Assembly (NCBI RefSeq): GCF_963921235.1
Contig: NC_086097.1
Span: forward strand, 239,446,001-239,510,000
Length of the DNA: 64,000 nucleotides
Origin: Mobula hypostoma
Taxonomy: Eukaryota
Direction: 5' to 3'
The position numbers and the translations under genes are program-made. Shown here one piece after another: positions 48,385 to 63,145 of this stretch; position 1 is the first letter of the stretch, and every line of letters begins with the position of its first letter. The notes beneath the pieces were generated by a model that had not been told where the DNA came from, did no database searches, and saw only the letters and a program-made list of their open reading frames with translations.

Positions 48385-49015
48385 AGAAAGAAAGCTCCTG
48401 GCACATCGGCTTTCATAAATCAATGTATTGAGTACAAGAGTTGGGATGTTATGTTGAAGTTGTATGACATGTTGACATATATAACATGTATAACCAAATT
48501 TGAAGTATTGTGTCTAGTTCTGGTCACCTACCTACAGGAAAGATATCAATGAGTTTGAAAGAGTACAGAGAAAATTTATAAGGATGTTGCCAGGACTTGA
48601 GGGCCTGAATTAAAGGGAAAGGTTGAACAGGTTGGAACTTTATTCCCTGGAGTGTAGGAGAATGCAGGAAAATTTCATAGAAGTACACAAGCTTAAGAGA
48701 CCTATAGATAGGGTTAATGTAATTGGCTTCTCCACTGAGCTTGGGTGAAACTAGAACCAGAGGACTTAGATGAAGGGTGGAAGGTAAACTTTTAAGGGGA
48801 GCTTCTTCACTCAGAGGATGTTGAGTGTGCAGAATGCGCTGCTGGATGAAGTGCTGGATGCGAGTTTGATTTCAATGATTAAAGGAAGTACATGTAGGTG
48901 AGGGGTATGGAGGGCCACAGTCCAGGTGTGGGTCGATGAAACTAGGCAAGATGACAGTTTGCCATGGACTAAATGGGCCAAAGGGCCTATATCTCTAACA
49001 TTCTCTGATTCTATG
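48385..49015 (+). mobile_element. CR1 LINE 3' fragment
   Basis: AFINQCIEYKSWDVMLKLY and a downstream CR1 3' UTR. Confidence 0.85.
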
Positions 49016-50634
49016 GTGAACACTTGCATGTGGTAAGATTAGAGACCAAGAACTCCTTCACTGGGATCCTGAATGTTTAACACAGATGGTGGACATGATA
49101 GCAATCCAGGGGCAAATCAGCAGATGCGAGAAACATTGGGTACTGGCTCATTATTGGTTCACATTAAGGGTTTTTGTTTAGTTTGGGGGAAATTGTAAAC
49201 ACACATTTGAAGATTATTTTAAGTTATTAAAATATGCAGACATGGTTTGTTCAGAATTATAGTCTTAACTTTCTACGTCTATGAGTTAGGACCAATCTCA
49301 ATAACATTGTAGGCAATTCATTTGTTCTAATACAGATCCCAGAAAATAAACTACTTTGATGTTATTATGTTATTAAACTGACTTAATAAGTTTGAGAGAT
49401 TGGCAAGAAAAGTTTTTTGCAGTCATGCTAATCACTAAGTGATGGTACAACTGTACTAAAAAAACAAAAAAATTAAAAAAAGAAGAAATAAATAACTGTG
49501 CTAAATTCTCAGAACCACCCATGTTATTTCATTTTACATTGTGGACAGACAACCAGCTTCAGGTTTTCAGACCTTAGCTTCCTCTGGTGGAGTGTAAGGG
49601 TTGGTGTAATCAATTATTTAAACGATACAGAATTAAAGTTGACTGATCAAGCACTAAGTGGATAGAAGTGGGTAGTGTTCTGCTGAATGTATATTATAAT
49701 GCCATTGAATTAAAATGTTTTGGACAATAAGAGCTAGTTTAAGATCCTAGTGAAAGTTCAGATTCATGGTTGCATAGTTGAACTTAGTTGAAATTATTGT
49801 CAGGATGTCAGGATGCATAGAATTACATAGATATCACAGAATGGAGCCAGGCAATTTAACCTAACACAGCAGTTGGGACATATCCTTTAAAAAAAGTGGC
49901 AATCAATTCTCTTCCCTCATCCTTTGATTTACCAGCCATTTTGTTTTTGGCCCTTTATCAAGTACTTGTATTGCCTTTGCTTCAAATCACAGATTCGTGA
50001 ATTCTCCAAGCACTCCAAGCATGTTCTATGTTTGATGTTGTGTCGACCTTTTAACTTACTCTAAGATCAATCTACCCTTCCCTCCTGTATAAGCCCTCCA
50101 TTTTTCTATCATCCATGTGCCTGAGTAAGAGTCTCTTAAACGCACCTAAAGTACCTGCTTCTACTACCATTCTTGGCAGGGTGTTCTACACGCCTACCAC
50201 TCTCTGTCTAAAATGCCTACCTCTGATATCCCTCCTATACTTTCCTCCAATCACCTAAAAATTATGCCCCATTTCCACCTTGAGAAAAAGTTTCTGGCTA
50301 TCCACTCAAATTATGCCTCTTATCATCTTGCACACTCCTTGTACACCTCTATCAAGCCACCTTTCATCCTCCCTTGTTCCAACAAGAGAAGCCCTATCTC
50401 GCTCAAACTTTCCCAATCGCATTTTGTTCTTCACCTAGATTCCACCGCTCACTTACTTTACAGTGCAGATTATCCAACCAAACCTTATACCATCGGGATT
50501 TTGGAGGAAATTAATGTGTCTCTACTGCCTCCCCTCTCTAACAATAAACTAACGACAATACTAATACTAACGTATGTGTAAAATATGTACACTGTCCTGA
50601 ATCTCTTGCAATACATCTTAAGTCCATGTCGTAA

Positions 50635-53600
50635 TTGAGCCCACTAGGGGATCAGCAGTTCTGGATTGGGTGTTGTGCAATGATCTGGAATTGATTAAGG
50701 AGCTTAAGGTAAAAAGACCTTTTGGGGAATGTGATCATAATATGATCGAATACACCGTTAGTCTTGCGAGACCATGGATCTGTACCTGGAAAGTCTTTAC
50801 CAGGCATAGGCCTGGGCAATCAAATACATCATGAAATTTGATAAGGAGAAACTAAAGTCAGATGTATCATTATTACAGTGAAGTAAAGGGACTTACAGAG
50901 GCATAAGAGAGGAGTTGGCCAGAATTGACTGGAAAGTAACACTTGCAGGGTTGACAGCACAACAGCAATGGCTGGAATTTCTGGAAGCAATTCTGAAGAC
51001 ACCAGATATAAACATCCCGAAGAGAAAGTAGTATTCTGAAGGAAAGATAACACAATCGTGTCTAACAAAAGAAGTCAAAGCCAACATAAAAGCCAAATAG
51101 AGAGCATATAATCATTAAGAAGGTAAAGATGGAATACAAAAGCAAACTAACCAATGATATTATTGAGGATACCAAAAGTTTCTTTAGATATACACAGTGC
51201 AAAAGAGAGGCATGAGTGGATTTTGGACCATGGAAAATGATCCTGGAGAGGTAGTAATGGGGGAAAAAGAAATGGTGGATGAGTTGAATAGTATTTTTGC
51301 ATCAGTCTTTGTTGTGGAAGCCACTAGCTGTATGGTGGGAGTTCCAGATGTCAGGAGGCATGTAGTGTGTGAAGTTATCATGACTAGACAGAAGGTTCTT
51401 GGGAAACTGAAAGGTCTGAAAGTAAATAAGTCATTTCATTTTTAAATCTTTTTATTAATTATTATTGAAAATCAACAACAAAAAAAATATTGGAGTAATC
51501 AAGTCAACATATCAATATGTACAATAAGAGTTAAACTATCAACCAAGCTAAACAATATATCAATAATAATAAGAAAAAACAAAGTGTTAAAGCTCCTTTT
51601 TTTTTGGAAAAAAGAAAGAAGGAAAAAGAACCCCTACTAACTAAAACAACAAAAAAACCCTACTAACAAAAAAAAAAGAGAAAAAAAGACATTTGGAGCA
51701 CAAGCCCGGAGCTATACGCCATACAAGCTTCCATAGAAGAAAGACATCAATCTGCCAACCAAATCCATTTACCCAAGAATCAGACGGGGACCATCTTAAT
51801 TAACTCAAATCAAATGATAGTAGCGGGCAAAAGAGCTCCACTTTTTCTCAATGTCAAATTGAGGATCAGAAGTTTGACTTCTAATTTTCTCCAAACTAAG
51901 ACATAACGTCACCTGAGAGAACCATTGTATCAAAGTGGGAGCAGAAGCATCTTTTCATTTTAATAAAATAGCCCTTCTGGAAAATAATGTGACAAATGCA
52001 ATTAAATGTTGGTCTGATATAGAAACACCATGAATATATTGAGGGATTATACTAAACAAAACTGTCCATTTATTAGGTTGTAAGTTAAGTTCTAAAGCTT
52101 TAGAAATTGAAGAAAAAAATAGATTTCCAAAACTATTTCAATACAAAACAGGAGCAAAACATATGTATCAATGTAGCTGTCTCAGTTTTACATCTGTCAC
52201 ACTGACAATTAACAATAGGAAATATTTTAGACAGTCTCTCCTTTGTCAAATAATAATGATGTACAATTTTAAATTGAATTAGAGAGAGACTGGCGCAAAT
52301 CGAAAAAGAGTTAACTAACTTCAAAATTTGCAATCAATCCTTTGTTATCAAGGTCATGTTAAGCTCTCTTTCCCAATCTTGCTTAATCTTAAATAAAGGA
52401 TAATTATCCTGTTGTAATAGTAAATTATAAATTTTCCCAATTAAACCTTGCACTAAAGGATTCATTTTAAAATAATGTCTAACAGGTCAGAATCTTGTAT
52501 ATATGGAAAATTACTTAACTATTCTTGTAAGAAATGTCTGACCTGAAGATATTGCAAGAAGTGTGAGTATGGGAGAGAATATTTAGTTACTAATTTCTCA
52601 AAGGACATCAATCGGCCTTCTTGAAACAGATCCATGAAGGAATAAATTCCTTTATTCCTCCAAAGAGAAAAGGTAGGATCACTAAATGAAGGTTTAAGTA
52701 AATAGTTCCAATAAATTAAACTAAGAAGGTTAAACTTTTTAAGATTAAAAAACTTACAAAACTGATACCAAATTCGTAATGACTGCTTAATCATAGGATA
52801 TATATTTAGAATAGAAATTTTGGCCAGTTGTACAGGTAAAGAGGCTCCTAATAACAAAGTTAAGTAAAATTGTTTCACAGCTTTCAATTCCAGATTGACC
52901 CATGGTAGTCGTTCATTTTTATAACCAAGAACACACATAACGTATATTAACCGCCCAATAATACATTCTTAAATTAGGCAAAGCAAAACCTCCATCTTTT
53001 TTAATTTTTGTAAATGATATTTTCCAATTCTTGGTCTCTTATTATTCCAAGAAAAAGATGAAATAATAGAATCAACCTGATCAAAAAACTTCTTAGTTTA
53101 AAAAAAAGGAATATTTTGAAATACATATAAAAATTTTGTTAAAATCATCTTTTAACTGCATGAATTCGAATGTCTAATGAAAGTGTAAGTGGATTCCATC
53201 TAGAAAATAATTGCTTCATAAAATCCACTAAAGGAACTAAATTAGCTCTATAAAGGTCTCCATAATTTTTATTGATGATAATACCTAAATATTTGAAAGA
53301 ATCCATAACTTTAAAAGGAATGTCATCATATATAGAAGCAGAATCATTTAGAGGAAATAATTCACTTTTATGCAGGTTCAATTTGTATCCTGAAAACATT
53401 CCAAATTCATTTAATAATTTCAATAAACTAGGAATGGATTCTTCAGGATTCGAAACATAAACTAAGAGATCATCAGTATAAAGGGAAATCTTATGAATAT
53501 TCCCATTTATGGAAATTCTTTGAATATCTTTAGCTTCACGAAGTACAATAGCCAAAGGTTCCAACACCAAATTAAGTAACAAAGGACTTAACAGACATCC

Positions 53601-55605
53601 TTGTCTCGTACTCCGCTAAAGTCGAAAAAGGGGGATCTGCAATTATTAGTAATAACAGTGGCAATAGGGCTTTTATATATCATTCTAATCCACTTATTAA
53701 AATTAGTACCAAAGTTAAATTTCTCTAAAATGTTAAATAAGTATTTCCATTCAACCCTATCAAATGCCTTTTCAGCATCAAGAGAAACGACACATTGAGG
53801 AGTCTTCGAGAGGGATGAGTATATAACATTTAACAGTCTCCAAGTATTAGAAAAGGAATAACGGCCTTTTATAAAACCCGTTTGGTCCTGAGAATTAATT
53901 TTAGCTAGTATATTCTCCAACTGATTAGCCATTATTTTTGAAAGAATTTTAGCATCCACACTTAATAATGAGATAGGTCTATATGAAGCACAATCTGTAG
54001 TCTTCATCTTTCTTAAGAATTAAAGAGATAGAAGCTTCATAAGTCACCTGGACCAGATGGTGTACACCCCAGAATTCTGAAAGAGATGGCTGAAGCGATT
54101 GTGAAGGCATTAGTAATGATCCTTCAAGAATCTCTATATTCTGGAAAGTTTCCTGAAGACTGGAAAATTGCAAATGTGACTCCACTCTTCAAGAAGGGAG
54201 AGAGGCAGAAGGAAGGAACCCAGAGGCCAGTTAGTCTGATGTTAGTGGTTCGGAAGATGTTGGAGTCAATTACTAAGGATGAGGTCTCAGGATACTTGGA
54301 GGCACGTGATAAGATAGGTTGTAGTCAGCATGGTTTCTTCAAGGGAAAATCTTGCATGACAAATCTGTTGGAATTCTTTGGAGAAATAACAAGCAGGAGA
54401 GACAAAAGAGAATCAGTTGTTGTTGTGTACTTGGATTTTCAGAAGACCTTTGACAAGGTGCCACACATGAGGCTACTTAACAAGCTATGAGCCCACAATA
54501 ATTCCAGCATGGATAAAGCAGTGGCTGATTGGCAGGAGGCAAAGAGTGGGAATAAAGGGAGCCTTTTCTGGCTGACTGCTAGTGACTAATGGCAATCCAC
54601 AGGGATCTTTGTTGGGACTGATTCTTTTTACATTATATCTGAATGATGGCTTTGTTGCAAAGTTTGAAGATGATATGATGATATGAAGATATATAGAGGG
54701 GTAAATAATTTTGAGGAAGTAGAGAGGCTACAGAAGGACTTAGATTAGGAGAATGCACAAAGAAATGGCAGATGGAATACAGTTTTTGGAAGTGTATGGT
54801 CATGCACTTGGGTAGAAGAAATGAAAGGGTTGACTATTTTCTAAATGTAGAGAAAATGTAAAAAAAAATTGGAGTTAGGAGTCCTTGTGCAGAATTCCCT
54901 GAAGGTTAATTTTCAGGTTGAGTTTATGGTGAGGAAAGCAAATGTGATGTTAGCATTCACTTCAAGAGAATTAAAATATAAAAGCAAGGATGCAATGTTG
55001 AAACGTTATAAAGCACTGGTGAGTCTTCCCTTGGAGTATTGTGAGCAGTTTTGAGTCCCTTCTCTTAGAAAATATGTGTTGAAACTAGACAGGGTTCAAA
55101 GGAGGTTTACAAAAATGATTCCATGATTCCAAAATGATTGAATGATTTGTCATATGAAGAGCATTTCATAGCCCTGTGCCTGTGTTGACTGGAATTCAGA
55201 AGAATGAGGTGTGACCTCATTGAAATCTATCAAATTTTGAAAGGCCTTGATAGAGTGAATGTAGAGACGATGTTTCCCATGTTGGAAGAGTCTATGACCA
55301 GAGAACACATCCTCAGAATAGAGGGGCATCTTTTACGAATGGAGATGAGGAGGAATTTATTTAGGCGGACAGTAGTGAATCTATGGAATTCTTTGTTACA
55401 GGTAGCTATGGAGGCTAAGTTTTATATATATTTAAGGCAGTGGTTGATAGATTATTGATTGGGCAGGGTATGAAGGGATACTGGGAGAAGGTAGGAGATT
55501 GGAGCTGGGAGGAAAATCGGATCAGCCATGATGAAATGGCGGAGAAGCCTCGATGGGCCAAATATCCTAATTCTGCTTCTATATCTTATGCTTCTTTGGT
55601 CTTAA
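50635..55605 (+). mobile_element. CR1 LINE, decayed, interrupted by L1 and a SINE fragment
   Basis: LKGLKVNKS|PGPDG split at 51433/54039; ORFs 54086-54490 and 55204-55458. Confidence 0.9.
51434..54038 (-). mobile_element. L1-clade LINE, 5'-truncated, with TSD
   Basis: YRPISLL.VDAKI, DQTGFIKGR, SLDAEKAFDRVEW, YTDD and C-terminal CxxC...H...C knuckle; AATAAA plus A-rich end; 8-bp TSD ATAAGTCA at 51426-51433 and 54039-54046. Confidence 0.93.
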
Positions 55606-55739
55606 CACTGAAGTTTAATTGTTTTTGAAATAACTAGAGCTCAAGACTACTTAGATTCTGTAACAAGAAAAGTTATAAAGGCCTTCACTGAGGTGACAGA
55701 ATTGGAAATACTGGATGAAAATCCTACAAAAAGTGATGG

Positions 55740-56167
55740 ATTCAGCCTAGATCATCACCAGTAAAGCCCTCCCAACCTTTGAACACATCCACACGAAATG
55801 CTTTATTAAGAAAGCAGCATTTATTATCAGGGAACCCCACCAACCAGGACATGCTCTCTTCTCGCAGCTGCCATCAGGATAAAGGTAGAAAAGTCTTGGG
55901 GCTCGCACCACTGGTTCAAGATCAGATACTGCCCCTCAACCATCAGACTCTTGAATAAAATTCACTTACCTTCACATGCTCCATCATTGAAATCTTCCAA
56001 AAACCTATGGACTCACTTTCAAGGACTCTACATCTCAAGTTTATTGCCTTTATTTATATTTGCATTTGTACATTTTTGATTGTGGTTTTTGTATTGGTAT
56101 ATTTTTGCTCTGTTCTTGGTTGGTGTGGCTGTAACGAAACCCAATTTCCCTCGGGATCAATAAAGTA

Positions 56168-56202
<35 letters not shown>

Positions 56203-56372
56203 TTTGTGGCCTTCTACACTCTAGTTGAACACCCTAAATGAGTGGTCTTGTATTGATTTTGTTATAGTTACTAATCTGTACATTTGCTGAGTGTGCCCAC
56301 AGGAAAATGAATCTCAGGGTTTTATATGGTGACATATAAGTACTTTGATAATAAAAGTTACTTCGAACTTTG
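55740..56372 (+). mobile_element. Rex1-type 3' fragment with a nested short Rex1 tail
   Basis: 56108-56200 is the reverse complement of the 31049-31165 tail, including (CTAT)n. Confidence 0.7.
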
Positions 56373-56804
56373 AAATAATAAGAAGATCACTTCAATGCCA
56401 TCAGTGTAAGAAATGCGGCATGTCTTTTCTGTTACTACACAATATTAAATTCAAATGTTTGAATTTAGTGGAATCATCTTTTTATTTTGCAATGAAATAG
56501 TGTAATTAAATTCAACGCTTAACTTCTGGAGAATGAAGCAATGTACATTGAAAAGAATCTAATATTCTTTCCAGTTTACAAAGGATATTCTTTTTCTGCC
56601 CTGGTATATACTCTTATAAATGTTGATGCAGGCCACTGTCACCTCACTGCAATAAAATATAAAATGTTCATCCACTAATGGAACTGATATTTAGAATGTT
56701 AAACAGCTTCTATCTCAAGGTTTCTCACTGCAACAGCAGACTCTAAAACAAAATACTTGAGTAAACAGGAAATGCAGCCGGTTAAAAAACATTATTTATT
56801 TTAC

Positions 56805-57090
56805 TTAGAGATACAGCACAGAATATTTCCTCCCGGCTCAACAAGCCGCACCATCTAGCAGCCCACTTATTTAGCACGAGCCTAATCACAGGACAATTTA
56901 CAATGGCCAATTAATCTATTAACTGGTACATCTTTGGACTGTGGGAGGAAACTGGAGCACCCGGAGGAAAGCCACACAGTTACGGAGAGAACATTCAAAC
57001 TCCTTACAGACTGCGCTGGAATTGAACTTGGAACTTTGACATCATGAGCTGTAATAGCATTGCGCTAACCGTTACGCTACCGTGACACCC
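56805..57090 (-). mobile_element. HE1-like V-SINE
   Basis: tRNA-like head (cggtagcgtaacggttagcgc...gttcaattcc) plus V-domain. Confidence 0.85.
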
Positions 57091-57454
57091 TATTAATATC
57101 TAAAACACCATTTCTTCCACTCTACTCATAAAGAGGACAAATATAGACTAAGCAGCATGCATTACAATTGCTCTTAAGTTCTAAATATAAGTTATTAATA
57201 CACAGTATTTGAAAGTCGCATCTTGCTTTATGAAGGGTTCAAACTGCTTCTCAATCTATGGACATGGCAGGAACTGAATGCTGTTGTCAAAATTCAATGT
57301 AAATATATTATCAAAGTATATATGTCTCTATATTACCTTTAGATTCATTTTCTTACAGGTGTTCATGGAACAACAGAAAAATAAAATAGAATCAATGAAA
57401 AAATGCATACAACGGTTGACAAACAACCAATGTGCAAAACAAAACAGCCTGTGC

Positions 57455-59860
57455 AAATGTATCAATATTAAAGGCATCCGTTAGTCTTGCGAGACCATGG
57501 ATCTTGCCACTCTCCAGGGCGCAGGCCTGGGCAAGATTGTATGGAAGACCAGCAGTTGCCCATGCTGCAAGTCTCCCCTCTCCACAACACCGATGTTGTC
57601 CAAGGGAAGGGCATTAGGACCCATACAGCTTGGCACCGGTGTCGTCACAGAGCAATGTGTGATGTTCCCTCAACTGGGGTTTGAAATCGCGAACTTCAGG
57701 TGGCTAGTCCAATGTCTTAACCACTTGGCCACGTGCCCACTATCAGTATTATAGTGAGTTAAAGAGAATTGCAGAGGCACAAGAGAGGAGCTGGCCAAAG
57801 TTGATTGGAAAGGGACACTAGCAGAGATGACTGCGGAAAAACAATGCCCGGTGTTGTTAGGGGAAATTCAGAAGGCGCAGGAAAGATACATCCCAAAGTT
57901 GAAGCAGTATTCGAAAGGGAGGATGAAGCAATCGCGGCTGTCAAGGGAAGTCAAAGACAGCATAAAAACAAAAGAGAGGGCATATAAGAGAGCAAAAATT
58001 AGTGAGAAGGTAGAGGATTGGGAAGCTTTTAAAAATCAACAGAAGACAAGCAAAAAAAACCCATAAAAGTAAAACCATAAGAGTAAAGATGAAATAAAAA
58101 AGTTGAGCTCACCAGTAATTTAAAAGAAGAGACAAAAAGTTTTCCAGATATATGAAGAGTAAGGGAGAGACAAGAGTGGATATTAGACTGTTGGAACATG
58201 GCACCAGAAAGGTAGTAATGAGGGATAAAGAAATGGTGGAGGAACTTAATACGTTCCTTGTATCTGTCTTTACTGTGAAAGACACTGGTAAAATGCCAAA
58301 AGTTCGAGAGTGTCGGGGGAAGAAGTCAGTGTCATTGCTGTTACTAAGGAGAAGGTGTTTGAGAAGTTGAAAAGCCTGAAGGAAGATAAATCACCTGGAC
58401 CAAATGGACTACACCTGAGGGTTCTGAAAGCAGTGGCTGAAGCAATTAGGAGGCATTAGTAATGATCTTTCAAGAAGCACTTGATTCTGGAATGGTTCCG
58501 GAGGACTGGAAAATTGCAAATGTCACTCCACTGTGTAAGAAGAGAGGAAGGCAGAAGAAAGGAAATTATAGGCCAGCTCGTCTGACTTCAATGGTTGGGA
58601 AAATGTTGAAGTCCATTATTAAGGACATGGTTTCAGGGTACTTGGACGCTCACAATAAAAGAGGCCAAAGTCAGCATAGATTTCTAAAGGGGATATTTTG
58701 CCTAACAAACCTGTTGGAGTTCTTTGAGGAAGTAACAGATAGGATATTCAAAGGAGAGTCAGTAGATAGGGTTTATTTGGATTTTCAAAAGTCCTTTGAC
58801 ATGGTGCTGCATATGAGGTTCCCTAACAAGATAAGTACCCATTGTTATCTTAAGAAAGGGGGCCTTTTCTGTTGGTTCTTGGTGACAAGTGGTGTGCCAC
58901 AGGGGTCAGTGTAGGGCTGCTTCTTTTCATGTTATATATGAATGATTTGGATGAAGGAATTGATGGCTTTGTGGACTAGTTTGCAGATGATGTGAAGTTA
59001 GTGGAGGGGCAGGTAGTGCTGAGGAAACAGTGTGTCTGCAGAAGGGCTTATGCAGATTGGGGGAACAGGCAAATGGAATATAATGTTGAGAAGTGTGTGT
59101 TCATGGACTTTGGTATAGACTATATTTGAAATGGTGAAAAAAAAATCAAAAATCAGATGTGCAGATAGAATTGGGAGTCCTCAAGCATGATTCCCTAAAG
59201 GTTGAGTCGCTGGTGAAGAAGGCAAATGAAATGTTAGAATTCATTTCACTATTATACAAAAGCAAGGATGTAATGATGAGGGTTTATAAGGCATAGGTCA
59301 AACCATGCTTGGAGTATTACAAGCATTTCTGGGCCCTTTATCTCAGAAAAGATGTATTGCTATTGGAGACGGTGCAGAGGAGGTTTACGAGAATTATGCC
59401 AAGAATGTACAGTTTAGCATATGAGGAACATTTGATAGATCTTGGTCTGTATTTGCTGATGTATAGAAGAAAAAGGAGGGATCTCATTGCAACCTGTCGA
59501 ATATTGAAAGGTCTGGGTTAAGTGGATTTGGAGAGGATGTTTCCTATAGTGGGGGAGTCTACGTCCAGAGGGCACAGCCTTAGAATTGAGTGACACCTAT
59601 TTAGAACAGAGATGAGGAAAATATTTTTTAGCCAGAGGATGGTGAATCTGTAGAATTCATTGCCATAGACAGCTGTGCAGGCCAAATCATTGGGTATATT
59701 TAAGGCAGACACTGATTCTTCTTGATTAATCAGGGTGTCAAAGCTATGAAGAGAATACAAGATAATGGGATTGAAAGAGATAATATATCAGTTATGATGG
59801 AATGGCAGAGCAGACTCAATGGGCCAAGTGGCTGAACTCTGTTCAAATGTCTTATGATCT
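57455..59860 (+). mobile_element. CR1 LINE, decayed
   Basis: ORFs 57827-58066, 58462-58914 and 59309-59521. Confidence 0.9.
57471..57740 (-). mobile_element. tRNA-derived SINE, same family as 11655-11961
   Basis: Reverse-complement similarity along its length; TSD TATCA(A/G)TATTA at 57460-57470 and 57741-57751. Confidence 0.9.
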
Positions 59861-60057
59861 TCTAAAAAATATGAAAACATAAGCAAAAAAGTAATACTGA
59901 GAACATGAGTTGTAGAGACCTTCAAAGGGACTCCTTTGGCTGTGTAATCGACTCAGAGTTGAGGTGAGTGAAGTTATCGACACTGGTTCATGAGCCTGAT
60001 GATTGAAGAATAGTAACCCTTCTATTCATCAATGGACTCATATATTTTTGATGTGTT

Positions 60058-62215
60058 AAGACCATAAGACATAGGAGCAGAATTAGGTCATTCAGTCAGA
60101 GCAAATGGCAGTTCATCTGCTTTGCCATTTTATCATGGTTGATCCCAGATCCCACTCAACCTCATACACAAGCCTTCTTGCCATATCCTTTGATGCCCTG
60201 ATCGATCAGGAAATGAACAACTTCCACTTTAAATATACCCACGGACTTGGTCTCTACTGCAGTCTATAGCAGAGCATTCCACGGATTTACCACTCTCTGG
60301 CTAAAAAAATTCCTTCTAATCTCTGTTCTAAAGGGTCACCCCTCAGTTTTGAGGCTGTGCTCTCTAGTTCTGGATACCCCCACCGTAGGAAACATCCTCT
60401 CCACATCCACCCTATCTAGTTCTTTCAACATTCGGTAGGTTTCAGTGAGATCGCCTGCATTCTTCTGAATTCCGGTGAGTACAGGTCCAAAGCTGCCAAA
60501 TGCTCCTCATATTTTAACCCCTTCACTCTCTGAATTACCCTCATGAATCTCCTCTGGACTCTTTCCAATGACAACACATCATTTCTGAGATATTGGGCCC
60601 AAAACTGTTGACAATACTCCAAGTGTGACCTGACTAGTGTCTTATAAAGTCTCAGCAGTATCAGATTGCGTTTATATTTTATTCCCCTTGAAATAAATGC
60701 CAACATTGTATTTACCTTCTTTATCACAGACTCAACCTGTAAATTAATCTTCTGAAAGTCTTGCACGAGGACTCCTAAGTCCCTCTGCACCTCTGTTGTT
60801 TGAACGTTCTCCCCATTTAGATAATATTCTGCTCTATTGTTCCTTTTACCAAAATGCATTATCATACATTTCCCAACACCGTATTCCATCTGCCACTTTT
60901 TTGACCCTTCTTCCAATTTGTTTAAGTCCTGCTACAATCACATGGCTTCCTCAGCACTACCTACCCCTCCACCTATCTTCGTATCATCCGCAAACTTTGC
61001 CACAAAGCCATAAATTCCATTATTCAAATCATTGACAAACAATGTGAAAAGTAGTTGTTCCAATACTGACCCTTGAGGAACACCACTAGTCACTGGCAGC
61101 CAATCAGAAAAGGCACCAATTATTCCCACATTCTGCTCTCCATGCCAATATCTTTCCTCTAATGACCCATGTGACCAACTAAACTTATAACCCGCATGCC
61201 ACTGTAATAGAAACATAGAAACATAGAAAATAGGTGCAGGAGTAGGCCATTCGGCCCTTCGAGCCTGCACCGCCATTTATTATGATCATGGCTGATCATC
61301 CAACTCAGAACCCAGCCTTCCCTCCATACCCCCTGACCCCTGTAGCCACAAGGGCCATATCTAACTTCCTTTTAAACATAGCTAATGAACTGGCCTCAAC
61401 AGTTTGCTGTGGCAGAGAATTCCACAGATTCACCACTCTCTGTGTGAAGAAGTTTTTCCTAACCTCGGTCCTAAAAGGCTTCCCCTCTATCCTCAAACTG
61501 TGACCCCTCGTTCTAGACCTCCCCAACATCGGGAACAATCTTCCCGCATCTAGCCTGTCCAATCCCTTTAGGATCTTATACGTTTCAATCAGATCCCCCC
61601 TCAATCTTCTAAATTCCAACGAGTACAAGCCCAGTTCATCCAGTCTTTCTTCATATGAAAGACCTGCCATCCCAGGAATCAATCTGGTGAACCTTCTTTG
61701 TACTCCCTCTATGGCAAAGATGTCTTTCCTCAGATTAGGGGACCAAAACTGCACACAATACTCCAGGTGTGGTCTCACCAAGGCCTTGTACAACTGCAGT
61801 AGTACCTCCCTGCTCCTGTACTCGAATATGAAGATAGATCCAAAATACTTATTAAGTTCATCTGCGATTTCTTTGTCCCCCATTACTACCTCCCCAGCAC
61901 CATTTTCCCATAGTCCAATATCAACTCTCTCCTCCCTTTTACTCTTTATATAACTGAAAAAATTTCTGGTATCCTGCTTTATATTACTGTCTAGTCTGCC
62001 CTCATTGTTCACCATTTTTCTTCTTATAGCTTTTTAGTTGCCTTTTGTTGGATTTTAAAAGCTTCCCAATCATCCAACTTCTCACTTACTTTTGCTACCT
62101 TATTTGCCCTTTCCTTGGCTTTTATGCAGTCCTTAACTTCCTTTGTCAGCCACGATTTCCTACCGCTTCCATTTGAGAGGTTCTTCCTCTGTGGGTCATA
62201 ACTATCCTGCGCCTT
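60058..62215 (-). mobile_element. CR1 LINE pieces (older host copy, deleted and interrupted)
   Basis: ORFs 60425-60916, 60938-61276 and 62024-62251. Confidence 0.85.
61208..61825 (-). mobile_element. Young CR1 3' fragment nested in the older CR1
   Basis: Uninterrupted C-terminal frame and (ATGTTTCT)n tail at 61208-61228. Confidence 0.9.
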
Positions 62216-62954
62216 GTGACCTAAACCACTGTGGGAGGGGCTCCCATACACCAGATTAATGCAGATTTAAAGTTGAAACTTGCAGAAAATGCAACGAAGT
62301 AGGACAAATACAAAGTGCATTGGGCAGATAAATATAAATGGACTGCACACAGAAGAGGAAATTATAACAGTTGAGTAACTGGAATTACAGAGGCATGAGA
62401 GAGTAGATGGCCGGAATTGATTGACGAAGAACGCTGGCAGCGATAATGGCAGAGCACCAATGGCTGGAATTTCTGGAAGCAATTCGGAAGGCACAGAATA
62501 TATACATCCCAAAGAGGAAGAAGAACTCTAAAGAAAAGATGACACAACCATGTCTAACAAAAGAATTCAAAGCCAACATAAAAACCAAAGAGAGGGCATA
62601 TAATAGAGCAACAATTAGTAGGAAGTTAGAGGATTGTGAAGCTTTTCAAAACCAACAGAAGGCAACTAAAAAAAGTCAAAAAGGTCAAGCTTTTGTAAGC
62701 AACATATCTGGTAGGTAGTTACTTATGAAATGTGGCTTGGTTTTAAACTGGAAGTGTCATGGTCCGTTCCGTGAAGACCGCATTCCGGTTCACGGTCCGG
62801 TCCAGGACCCGGTCCATTGACCCTTGTTCCAGGTTTTCCTGTTTACCCCATTTCTGTTTAGCACTCTAATTGAGCCACATGATTCTAGTTTGGGCAGACT
62901 CATAAATACCTCCAGAGACCAGGCCTTGTCTGAATTGCTTCCCTTCTGTTTATT

Positions 62955-63145
62955 GCCTTGCCCTACCCTACCCTGCCCTGCCCTGCCCCGCCCCGCCCTG
63001 CCCCGCCCTGCCCTGCCCCGCCCCACCCCGCCCTGCCCCGCCCCACCCCGCCCCACCCTGCCCCAAGCCAAGCCTTGCCTTGCCTTGCCTTGCCTTGCCC
63101 TTGCCCTTGCCCTTGCCCTTGCCCTTGCCTTTGCCTTTGCCTTTG
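62955..63145. repeat. Compound (CCCTG/CCCCG)n, (CCTTG)n, (CCCTTG)n array inside the LTR
   Basis: Seen directly. Confidence 0.95.

Noticed and set aside
61305..62015. 236-aa ORF as an intact gene
   Set aside because: Chance in-frame fusion of two different CR1 copies at about 61825
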